From NCBI GenBank assembly GCA_041659405.1, contig JBAZYK010000005.1, positions 31,796 through 63,795 on the forward strand: DNA of 32,000 nt. The letters are read 5' to 3'. The notes beneath the pieces are model-generated. The model saw nothing but the letters and a program-made list of their open reading frames with translations. It was not told the origin of the DNA and did not search any database. Positions within the stretch are counted from its first letter, which is position 1. Each line of letters begins with the position of its first letter. The position numbers were made by a program, and so were the translations under genes. Below, piece after piece: positions 1-7,274 of this stretch. The stretch is from Candidatus Altimarinota bacterium. Its GTDB lineage: Bacteria > Patescibacteriota > Gracilibacteria > UBA1369.

Positions 1-1545
1 TGTTACATTGGCCTGTTTTACAACCTGGTAATAAGCAATTGAAGTCTGATTATTTGGGTTGAAGATATCAGGATTGATTGTCAGGTTTTTGATGATAGTG
101 CCGGTTTGTGTGCCGGTGCTGCCGGTTGAATTAACCTGAACGTTTACCGTTTCTGTGTCTGTAACTACATTGTTGGTATTTCTAACCTGTACGGTTGCAA
201 CGTAAGTTCCATCACTAACACGGTTACCGTTTACATCACGGCCATCCCAGTTTTGAGTCTGAGTTCCTGTAGTCTTGTAAACGTTGTTAAGAAGTGTTTT
301 AGCGTATGGAGAAGCAATTTGAACTGTTACATAACCAGGATTATCCAGTGTGTAATAGATATTTGTGCTTTGAGTAGTTGGGTTGAATGGATTTGGACTT
401 ACGGAAAGGCTTGTAATACTTGGAGTTACAGAAGAAGTGTAATAGTTAACATTTACGCTTCCTGTTTTTAAATTGCCGGTTCCGTTAGCGTTGCTTGTAG
501 CAGAAACTACAACAGTGTAAGTACCGTTAACAATGCTTCCATTATCGTATTTACCGTTCCAGTTAACGCTATTTTGGTTTGCGCTTGTAGTAATTGTTTT
601 TCTTAAAACGCTGGCACTGTCGTAAATTCTTACGGTTGCGTAATCAAAAGACTTATCAACACCAAAAGAAATTGTAGCCTGTTCGCTATTGCTTGGATTG
701 AAAGTTGCCGGAGTAATGCTTAATGAATTCACATTAGGGGCAGTTACTATAGGAAGAGTGGCATATACAACATTCATTTGAGCAGTTGTACCTGTATCTG
801 CAGCGGTTGTTCCGACCGTGTAGATTTTTAATTCTCCAATATATGTTCCAGCTGGCGCATAATTACCATCGTTGTCTTTTCCGTTCCAAACTGTAAGATA
901 GTCGCCTTGTCCTACGTTCGCGGTGTCGAATGATTTAACAATATTTAGAAAGTCGTTTTTAGGATAAATCCTCAAAGTTGCGTAAACATTTTGATTACCG
1001 CTAATTCCCCAATGGATTGTAGTGTAGCTTGTTACCGGATTAAAAGTTTGAGTATCAGCATATACATAAGTAATGCGTGGAGTGTTGGCTGCATTTGTTA
1101 CATAAACATTGCCACTTGTATAATCCTGATAATCACTGGCATTCATGGTGTTTTGAACGTGGACCTTAAAATAGAATGTTCCAACAGTTGTAGGTTCGTT
1201 CCATTGAATTTCAGAAGCTCCGGCACTTAAAGGTGCGCTTGGGCTTACTTGAGTAAGTAAGTTCTTAACTAAAGATCCGCCAACCTGATAAACATCAACC
1301 TGGGCGTAAGAACCTGTATTCAATTCAAAGTGAATTGCTGGAAGAACCCCGTTGCTTCCAAGTACGTAATTAGAATTTACAACGTATGTGTTTGATAAAA
1401 CCGGAGAAGTACCAAGGGCAAGAAACACCGGTCTGAGTGGGCTAATACCGCTACCAACGACAGCTGAAGCTGATTGAATTAAGCTCATAGAGAGCATAAC
1501 CAGTACCGCCAATGCGGATGTTTTTTTGATTCCTGACGTTTTCAT
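1..1545 (-). CDS. Secreted surface protein with tandem FlgD-Ig-like (bacterial Ig-fold) repeats; its C-terminal part runs off the window start
   Basis: Absent from the supplied track because it has no in-window stop. The minus-strand ATG is the complement of 1543-1545. My translation begins MKTSGIKKTSALAVLVMLSMSLIQSASA/VVGSG (basic N-region, hydrophobic core, AxA site) and stays open for 515 codons to position 1. It has at least four ~80-90 aa repeats with the pattern FNP...V.IY...WNG.D.NG....GTY, e.g. YLTVWNGKDNDGNYAPAGTY (841-900) and VNWNGKYDNGSIVNGTYTVVV (~500-570). The + strand ORFs 253-471 and 991-1230 are shadows of it. The domain name is from motif memory. Confidence 0.8.
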   Translation of the reverse strand, partial: MKTSGIKKTSALAVLVMLSMSLIQSASAVVGSGISPLRPVFLALGTSPVLSNTYVVNSNYVLGSNGVLPAIHFELNTGSYAQVDVYQVGGSLVKNLLTQVSPSAPLSAGASEIQWNEPTTVGTFYFKVHVQNTMNASDYQDYTSGNVYVTNAANTPRITYVYADTQTFNPVTSYTTIHWGISGNQNVYATLRIYPKNDFLNIVKSFDTANVGQGDYLTVWNGKDNDGNYAPAGTYIGELKIYTVGTTAADTGTTAQMNVVYATLPIVTAPNVNSLSITPATFNPSNSEQATISFGVDKSFDYATVRIYDSASVLRKTITTSANQNSVNWNGKYDNGSIVNGTYTVVVSATSNANGTGNLKTGSVNVNYYTSSVTPSITSLSVSPNPFNPTTQSTNIYYTLDNPGYVTVQIASPYAKTLLNNVYKTTGTQTQNWDGRDVNGNRVSDGTYVATVQVRNTNNVVTDTETVNVQVNSTGSTGTQTGTIIKNLTINPDIFNPNNQTSIAYYQVVKQANVT

Positions 1546-1797
1546 AGGGAGATTGCTTAGGGATATAATAAATTAATTTTAGAAGGGATGTCCGGTGTAT
1601 AGAACCAAGTACGGTCTAATGTATTACAAAATTATTATCAATCGATTCTTGGGCAATTACACTTGCTTTTTCTTAATCTATGTAGAAAAAGGAGTGTATG
1701 ATAGTACCAATCCTGCGACTTGTCAAATTTATTTTTAGGGAAAGTGGTTAAATCGGGCGGAAAATTTTCTGTGCGGGATGATTTTCAGAGGTTTCCA

Positions 1798-1826
1798 TTG
1801 ACATGCGGCTCAACTTTTTTTATATT
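1798..1826 (+). promoter_or_regulatory. Sigma70-type promoter for rpsT (TTGACA-17 nt-TATATT)
   Basis: Consensus -35 TTGACA at 1798-1803, a 17-nt spacer, and -10 TATATT at 1821-1826, 30 nt upstream of the rpsT ATG. Confidence 0.5.
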
Positions 1827-1856
1827 AGACAAGCAATTTTTTAAATAATACCTCAC

Positions 1857-2141
1857 ATGCCAGTAATAAAGTCAGCAAAAAAGAAGGCTCGCCAAGCCCT
1901 ACGTCACTTGGAGCGCAACAAATCCACACGTTCAAAGGTTAAGACTTACATCAAGAAAGTTATAACTTTGAGCAAGACTAATATTGAAGAGGCTAAAAAA
2001 CTGTTGCCTGAAGCTTATTCCGCGATTGATACAGCCAAAAAGAAGAATGTTTTGCATAAGAACAATGCATCCCGCAAGAAGTCTTTGCTGGCAAGAGCTA
2101 TAGCCGCAGGAAGCACAAGCGGTAAAAAAGAGGTTAAATAA
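1857..2141 (+). CDS. rpsT: 30S ribosomal protein S20
   Basis: 94 aa and very basic. The N-terminus MPVIKSAKKKARQALRHLERNKSTRSKVKTYIKKV is the characteristic S20 pattern. Confidence 0.93.
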   Translation: MPVIKSAKKKARQALRHLERNKSTRSKVKTYIKKVITLSKTNIEEAKKLLPEAYSAIDTAKKKNVLHKNNASRKKSLLARAIAAGSTSGKKEVK

Positions 2142-2161
2142 ATAGGAATTAGAAATTTAAA

Positions 2162-2192
2162 AACGCCATTTGAAAAAAGTGGCGTTTTTTTG
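2162..2192 (+). terminator. Rho-independent terminator after rpsT
   Basis: Stem AACGCCATTT / AAGTGGCGTT (one G-U pair) around a GAAAA loop, followed by a run of 6-7 T, 20 nt after the rpsT stop. Confidence 0.7.
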
Positions 2193-2320
2193 TGCGATTG
2201 GTTTGTTAGATTGAGTCGCCTATATTACAATGTCGCTTGTGATCTTTTAGGTGCGCTGGTAAGTGGGTTCGCTTACGGATTGCGCACATTAAGATGGAAC
2301 ATGGTGGATCTTTCACAATT

Positions 2321-2708
2321 GGGCCTGTAGCTCAGTGGTTAGAGCAGTCGGCTTAACACGCACGGAGCTTAACGGAGTGCGGCGCTCGCCAAAAGCGGGC
2401 ATAGCAAAACTCCGAATGCTTTATGCGTTTAGGGCTGCATGGAGAGCGATTTCCATGTGAATTTCTGCCAAATTCGGGGAAGCCTTCTTGTGCACACGCA
2501 CAAATGGTAATCCCGAGCCAAGCCTCGTCAACGAGGAAGGTGTAGAGACTAGACGGTAGATTCCTAATTTGATAAAAATCCTCCCCGGGGAGGGATTACC
2601 AAGTTAGGAAAAGGGATAGTCCAGCTTACAAACCTGAAAAGGGTCGCGAAAGCGATAGTGAGATGCATAACCGATTGGTCGATGGTTCAATCCCATCCAG
2701 GCCCACCA
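2321..2708 (+). tRNA. Intron-containing tRNA with anticodon CAT; tRNA-Ile2 (lysidine type) favoured, elongator Met possible
   Basis: Exon 1 is 2321-2353 (GGGCCTGTAGCTCAGTGGTTAGAGCAGTCGGCT). Exon 2 is 2666-2708 (CATAACCGATTGGTCGATGGTTCAATCCCATCCAGGCCCACCA). Joined, they give a 76-nt cloverleaf: acceptor GGGCCTG/CAGGCCC, D stem GCTC/GAGC, anticodon stem GTCGG/CCGAT, loop CTCATAA, 5-nt variable loop, T arm GATGG-TTCAATC-CCATC, and encoded CCA. The G1-C72 pair argues against an initiator. From memory, the body closely resembles the E. coli ileX-type tRNA. Confidence 0.85.
2354..2665 (+). ncRNA. Group I intron (IC3-like) in the tRNA anticodon loop
   Basis: 312 nt lie between U33 and C34. The 5' exon ends in U and the intron ends in G (omega-G). 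Several stretches nearly match the Azoarcus tRNA-Ile intron core as I remember it: CCAAATTCGGGGAAGCC (2468-2484), CCGAGCCAAGCC (2513-2524), GAAGGTGTAGAGACTAGACGG (2536-2556), and the terminal ...GCGAAAGCGATAGTGAGATG. There is also a long peripheral hairpin at 2561-2610 (TTCCTAA..CCTCCCCGGGGAGGG..TTAGGAA). No ORF lies inside. Confidence 0.8.
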
Positions 2709-2752
2709 GAAAAAAACATGGATAAATAATGATGTTCATAATTTATTAAAAT

Positions 2753-3388
2753 ATGACTAAAGACCAAATCGATAATTTTGCTTCAAAAATAGCTGCCAGT
2801 ATATATAATGGAACTTCCGTGTTCACGACTGATAAATGGATTGTTGAGTTTGAAACTATTTCAAATTATAAAATTCAGCGAAGTGTAATTGATGGCGTAG
2901 TTTTGGTAAGCTTGTATTTCGGCATTTATTTTATTCAACGTAAAGCGCAAACTTTTTTTGATGATCAAAAATTGAAAGTTTTCAATGAAGAGTTGAAAAG
3001 AGTTATTATATTTTATTTATCAACTGTATATTTTGAATCTGTTGATAAAGAACAAAATCCTGAAAAACATTTAAAACGTGTAAAAGATACTTTTGAAGCA
3101 TTATTTTCCCAAAGCATGGATGCATATTCTTCGTATACAGGTGGTAACATCACAATACTTTTTAAAGCTTTTGTGCAAAATGAATTTAATAGCTCCATAG
3201 TTAGCCCTAAAATTAAATTCACGAAAAATTCTTTTAAGAATCGCTTTTTGATTAACCTTGCAATGGTTATGGGTGGACCTAATGCATCATTTGCTAATGA
3301 TACGGTCTTAGATGAAAAGATCTTAGATAATTATGTGCAAAATATCGTTTCCACGCTTACGGAAATTGATTTTCATCCTGAGCTGTAA
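2753..3388 (+). CDS. Hypothetical protein (211 aa), first gene of the AT-rich island
   Basis: Track ORF. I recognise no motif. There is one hydrophobic stretch (VIDGVVLVSLYFGIYFI) and the gene is very AT-rich. Confidence 0.6.
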   Translation: MTKDQIDNFASKIAASIYNGTSVFTTDKWIVEFETISNYKIQRSVIDGVVLVSLYFGIYFIQRKAQTFFDDQKLKVFNEELKRVIIFYLSTVYFESVDKEQNPEKHLKRVKDTFEALFSQSMDAYSSYTGGNITILFKAFVQNEFNSSIVSPKIKFTKNSFKNRFLINLAMVMGGPNASFANDTVLDEKILDNYVQNIVSTLTEIDFHPEL

Positions 3389-3436
3389 GGTTTTTGCAAA
3401 TTCATCTTCCAGGATTTATGATCAGCTAAATTCGAC

Positions 3437-3502
3437 CATTTGGTCGACGGTTCGAACCCTAACCTTTTGATTTCAGGGTCAACTCGTCCCAATGCCCCAC
3501 CA
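3437..3502 (+). other. tRNA 3'-half-like fragment (possible att or tRNA remnant)
   Basis: ATTTGGTCGACGGTTCGAACCCT matches 17 of 23 positions of GATTGGTCGATGGTTCAATCCCA, the variable-loop and T-arm segment of the upstream tRNA. The segment ends ...GCCCCACCA (tRNA: GGCCCACCA). No cloverleaf can be drawn. Confidence 0.25.
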
Positions 3503-3570
3503 TGTTTTGGCTTACTTAAGCATTTTTTTAAGTATCGGGCCAAAAATTATCTTAGTTTTGAGAATTATTT

Positions 3571-4512
3571 ATGAAAGAATTTAAAATGGGTTGGCTTTTC
3601 GGCCTTAGCAATGGTGATGTGGATGAAATCGAGGTTGGATTGTTTAAAATCAGACGGATGTCTGGTACTGAAAGAGAATTTGTCATACGAAATTCTTTGG
3701 TTTTTTTTGGTAGCTCAGAGAAAATTGAGAACACTTTGGCTCGTTTTCCATATGTATTTGAAAAAGAAATAATTAAGAATAATTCTGAGAGTTTAGGTTC
3801 ATTAGACTCAATTGTGTTACTTCTCAATATTTTATCTTCTGGAGAAGTTAAAGCTCCATTTCAGTGGTCTGAAAATGTTAATGGACAAGGCAGTTCATGG
3901 AGCACAGAAATTTATTTATTATTTTTTCGTTCAATCAACTCTCATTTTAAGGAAATACCCGTCGAAACGATCATTGAACCTCTTAAAAAAATTGGCCATA
4001 TTTTGAGCGATAAACTAAATGTAAATGATTTATCTGAAAATATAGACCCATGGTTGAAAAATCGATTACTTGTTTCAAAAAACTATCCATTAAACATTAA
4101 TTTTGGGAATGATTTTGGCATCCCTGTTTTCATTACTCGTACTGTCGAAATATCCTCGGCATTGGAATTTCTTTTTCAAGAAAACACCAATGCCGACATT
4201 AGTTTTAGGCTTCCATTAAATGTTGCATGGCTTTTGGGTAATTCTACAGATGAAAGAAAACAAATTTTTGATGCTGTTAGGGATACTTATAATGTTAGAA
4301 GTAAAAATGTTCATGGTGATCCTAAAAACAAACCAGGCCATAATGAAAAATCTTTTAAAAATGTAGAATTATCAGATTATTGTTTGCGCAGAAGTATACT
4401 TATAAAAGCTACTAACAAGTTTGATAAAAAAACATGGATAGAATATTTCTCAAATGCACGTTTTGGTGCTGACTTAAGTGGAATGGATAGATTTGAATGG
4501 ATTTCAAAGTAA
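3571..4512 (+). CDS. HEPN-domain protein (putative RNase, Apea/MAE_28990-like C-terminal HEPN)
   Basis: 313 aa. The C-terminal helical region is SSALEFLF...FRLPLNVAWLLGNSTDERKQIFDAVRDTYNVRSKNVHGD. It contains an Rx4H motif (R243-H248, nt 4297-4314) in the typical Y..RS..VHG context of HEPN families. The N-terminal ~190 aa are unrecognised. Confidence 0.6.
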   Translation: MKEFKMGWLFGLSNGDVDEIEVGLFKIRRMSGTEREFVIRNSLVFFGSSEKIENTLARFPYVFEKEIIKNNSESLGSLDSIVLLLNILSSGEVKAPFQWSENVNGQGSSWSTEIYLLFFRSINSHFKEIPVETIIEPLKKIGHILSDKLNVNDLSENIDPWLKNRLLVSKNYPLNINFGNDFGIPVFITRTVEISSALEFLFQENTNADISFRLPLNVAWLLGNSTDERKQIFDAVRDTYNVRSKNVHGDPKNKPGHNEKSFKNVELSDYCLRRSILIKATNKFDKKTWIEYFSNARFGADLSGMDRFEWISK

Positions 4513-4568
4513 TTTTTACGTTTATATCACTAAATAAGCGGAAGATGATAAAAAATATTGATGTGATT

Positions 4569-4803
4569 ATTAATATTTTAACAAATACCTATGGAAATTA
4601 AGGATAGTAATGGCGTGGTGCTGCAGACTGGGGACAGCGTTCAGATAATTAAGGACCTCAAAGTTGGCGGATCTTCGATGGTGCTGAAAAGAGGCGACGT
4701 GGTCAAAAACATCAAAATAGTTGAGGACGAAGAAGAGGTGGAATGCCGCATAGGCAAGGCCACAATCATGCTAAAGCCGGAATTCCTAAAGAAAAAGGGT
4801 TAG
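4569..4803 (+). repeat. Direct repeat copy 1 (235 bp; covers the whole PhnA-C-domain gene plus 22 nt of leader)
   Basis: Hand alignment to 9958-10192 (offset 5389) shows 6 mismatches in 235 nt. Identity starts at ATTAATATTTTAACAAATACCTATG and stops exactly at the stop codon. Confidence 0.9.
4591..4803 (+). CDS. PhnA/YjdM C-terminal-domain protein (70 aa), copy 1
   Basis: KDSNG..L..GDSV..IKDLKVGGSS..LKRG..VKNI..V.....ECRIGKA.IMLKPEFLKK matches the C-terminal domain of E. coli PhnA/YjdM from memory. The N-terminal zinc ribbon is absent. Confidence 0.75.
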   Translation: MEIKDSNGVVLQTGDSVQIIKDLKVGGSSMVLKRGDVVKNIKIVEDEEEVECRIGKATIMLKPEFLKKKG

Positions 4804-4804
4804 A

Positions 4805-4834
4805 TTTACAGGATTGAATTTGTCTCCTTATAAT
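4805..4834 (+). promoter_or_regulatory. Candidate promoter for the abiEi-abiEii operon (TTTACA-18 nt-TATAAT)
   Basis: Hexamers at 4805-4810 and 4829-4834. GTATA(C/T)-containing repeats downstream (4841-4850, ~4856-4866, ~4910-4918) could be AbiEi operators. This is speculative. Confidence 0.3.
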
Positions 4835-4929
4835 TTTCACTATACTTTTTTTCTAAAATAGTATATTCTAAATGTAGAAAACACCATAAAGATGATAATT
4901 ACCACACTTACAGTATACTACAATAACTT

Positions 4930-5718
4930 ATGGCAAAGTCAAAAGAACAATTAGGTAAAATAATCCGTAAGGCAGGTGAGATATTTAGGGTGGCAGATGC
5001 TGCAGCAATACTTGAGGTATCTAATATTGAGGCAGCAAAAAGGCTGGCAAGGTGGGCGACACAGGGATGGCTCACTAGAATCCAGCGTGGATTGTATGCT
5101 CTAGTGCCTATTGAGGCTTCAACTGATAGAGCTCTTGAAGATGCCTGGATACTTGTGCCAGAACTTTTTGCTCCCTGCTACATTGGTGGTTGGTCTGCAG
5201 CAGAATACTGGGATTTTACTGAGCAACTTTTTAGAGATGTTTGCGTTATAACTGAGCGAGCTATACCTAAGAAAACACAACAGTTTCATGGTGTTCCTTT
5301 TGCTCTCACAAGAATTAATAATGCCTTATCCTTTGGCACGAAAATTATTTGGCTGAAAGAAAAGAAAATTTTGATTTCAGATCCTCATAAAACTATTATT
5401 GATATGCTTTATGACCCACAATTAGGCGGGGGGATTCAGCACATAATGGATTGCTTTAAAGAATACCTAAAAAGCTCGCATTTTAACCCTGAACAACTTG
5501 GTAACTATGCCGAAAAACTCAATAATGGGGCTGTATTTAAACGATTGGGATTTCTATCTGAGCATGAACTTGGTAAGGAGCATTCAATAACCAAGTTATG
5601 TAAATCTCGTTTAACAACAGGAAATGCATATCTAGATCCAAAACTTAAGGGTGGTGCCCTGATTACGAACTGGCGTCTTTTTGTACCTATAAATATCAAG
5701 GAAAATTATGATACCTAA
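4930..5718 (+). CDS. abiEi: AbiEi-family antitoxin / transcriptional regulator (type IV TA)
   Basis: 262 aa. The N-terminal wHTH-like segment is FRVADAAAILEVSNIEAAKRLARWATQGWLTRIQRGLYALVP. It is followed by GGWSAAEYWDFTEQ and ILISDPHKTIIDML, typical of AbiEi/COG5340. It overlaps the downstream NTase gene by 11 nt. Confidence 0.8.
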   Translation: MAKSKEQLGKIIRKAGEIFRVADAAAILEVSNIEAAKRLARWATQGWLTRIQRGLYALVPIEASTDRALEDAWILVPELFAPCYIGGWSAAEYWDFTEQLFRDVCVITERAIPKKTQQFHGVPFALTRINNALSFGTKIIWLKEKKILISDPHKTIIDMLYDPQLGGGIQHIMDCFKEYLKSSHFNPEQLGNYAEKLNNGAVFKRLGFLSEHELGKEHSITKLCKSRLTTGNAYLDPKLKGGALITNWRLFVPINIKENYDT

Positions 5719-7195
5719 GCGAGAAATTCTAGAAAGTGCAACAAACAACAGCCTCACACCACATGTAATTGAAAAGGATTACGTTTTGGGGTGGATACTT
5801 GCTGGTATTAATAATCATGCAATAATTGCTAATTCATGGATATTTAAAGGAGGAACATGCTTAAAAAAATGTTACTTCGATACCTACAGATTTTCTGAAG
5901 ATTTAGATTTTACATTACGCGATGAAAGCCACATAAATGCTGATTTTTTATTGAAGACTTTTAGTGACATAAGCAAGTGGATTTATGAATTTTCTGGCAT
6001 TGAAATACCACCAGATCGAATGATATTTGATGTTTATGAAAACCCACGCGGGAAAATGTCATGTCAGGGGCGCTTATTTTATAAAGGGCCTGCCACATCT
6101 CAATCAAAAAATGCCATGCCGCGCATTAAGCTTGATCTCTCCGTTGATGAAATTGTAGTTGCACCAACAATCATCAACTCAATCAGCCATGCATATAGCG
6201 ACTTACCTCAGGACGGATTTCATATTCAATGTTATTCCTATGAAGAAGTATTTGCTGAGAAGATACGTGCACTTGCAGAACGCACACGTCCGCGCGATCT
6301 GTATGATGTTATCAATTTTTATCGCCGTCCGGAGTCTGAAAAAAGAGCGATGCAGATAAAAGGAATCTTGCGGAAGAAATGTGAATTTAAAGGCATTGAA
6401 ATGCCAACATATTCCGCTTTGCAAAAACATAAAGATGAATGCCAAGGAGGATGGGTTGATCAATTGAACCATCAATTGCAGGCGTTACCTCCATTTGAAT
6501 CTTTCTGGAATGAATTACCGGATTTTTTTAATTGGCTAGAAAGCCCAACATCTCCTCTCGTTAGAATACATACAACAATACCAGTACAAGCAGGCACTGT
6601 TATTGATCAATCAGATATTGGTTTAATAAATTCTAGTGCAGCCGCTCCACAGTTCAACTTATTGGATAGAATTCGTTTTGCTGCAGCAAATTATCTCTGT
6701 GTGGAAATAATTTATCATCGTGAAGATGGAGCACAAAATACATATTTGATTGAGCCATATTCTCTCAGGCGTACATCAGATAACCATTTATTGCTTTATT
6801 CGTTAAAGCATAATACAGCAGACATCCGAGCTTTTAGAACTGACCGTATTATTAATGCTATAGCCACAACCACAACTTTCACCCCTAAATATCGTATAGA
6901 ATTTTTGCCGTCAGCTCCTTTAAATCCTGGTGGAGTAGTTTTAAGCTATGATCGCGATATTCTGGGTGTCTCAAAACGGAAGAAAAGTAGTAATTACTCT
7001 TTTGCAAAGCTACTTAAACCAAGCCGCTCACGTTCGTCCAGCTTTGGGTCTACGATAAAATATATTTATCAATGTCCTTTCTGCAGGAAGACTTTCCATA
7101 GAAGTAGTATGGATAGTAAATTGAATCCTCATAAAAATAAACAAGGTTGGCAATGTTCTGGAAAGACAGGAGTTTATATTAAAACAAAGTATTAG
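5708..7195 (+). CDS. abiEii: AbiEii/DUF1814 nucleotidyltransferase toxin with a C-terminal WYL-like domain and a Cys/His cluster
   Basis: The N-terminal ~280 aa carry the DUF1814 hallmarks IEKDYVLGW, FKGGTCLKK, RFSEDLDFT and EEVFAEKIRALAERTRPRDLYDV. Residues ~318-399 (nt ~6659-6904) read LDRIRFAAANYLCVEIIYHREDGAQNTYLIEPYSL...LLLYSL...IRAFRTDRIINAIATTTTF, which is a WYL-domain pattern. Residues 456-483 (nt ~7073-7156) read CPFC-x4-H-x10-H-x7-C. At 495 aa it is far longer than a typical DUF1814 protein. Confidence 0.8.
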   Translation: MIPKREILESATNNSLTPHVIEKDYVLGWILAGINNHAIIANSWIFKGGTCLKKCYFDTYRFSEDLDFTLRDESHINADFLLKTFSDISKWIYEFSGIEIPPDRMIFDVYENPRGKMSCQGRLFYKGPATSQSKNAMPRIKLDLSVDEIVVAPTIINSISHAYSDLPQDGFHIQCYSYEEVFAEKIRALAERTRPRDLYDVINFYRRPESEKRAMQIKGILRKKCEFKGIEMPTYSALQKHKDECQGGWVDQLNHQLQALPPFESFWNELPDFFNWLESPTSPLVRIHTTIPVQAGTVIDQSDIGLINSSAAAPQFNLLDRIRFAAANYLCVEIIYHREDGAQNTYLIEPYSLRRTSDNHLLLYSLKHNTADIRAFRTDRIINAIATTTTFTPKYRIEFLPSAPLNPGGVVLSYDRDILGVSKRKKSSNYSFAKLLKPSRSRSSSFGSTIKYIYQCPFCRKTFHRSSMDSKLNPHKNKQGWQCSGKTGVYIKTKY

Positions 7196-7274
7196 AGGCT
7201 GAATTCATTGTTACGATTGCAAAAATCCTATAAAAAGTGCATATTTTTATTGTTGATTTTGTCTTAAATTTTTT

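Noticed and set aside
2251-2287. A nested hairpin GTGCGC-tg-GTAAG-TGGGTTCG-CTTAC-ggatt-GCGCAC 35 nt upstream of the tRNA, with a T-loop-like GGTTCG.
   Set aside because: It is probably just pre-tRNA leader structure. It has no acceptor/anticodon arms and no other support for an RNA gene.
2321-2708. An alternative reading of the split tRNA as tRNA-Leu(UAA), because the 5' exon continues ...GGCTTAA, as in the classic cyanobacterial tRNA-Leu intron.
   Set aside because: The mature body has a 5-nt variable loop, so it is not a class II Leu tRNA. Exon boundaries giving TAA would leave an 8-nt loop or an intron that does not end in G. Only U33|C34 with the CAT anticodon satisfies both the cloverleaf and the U...G group I rule.
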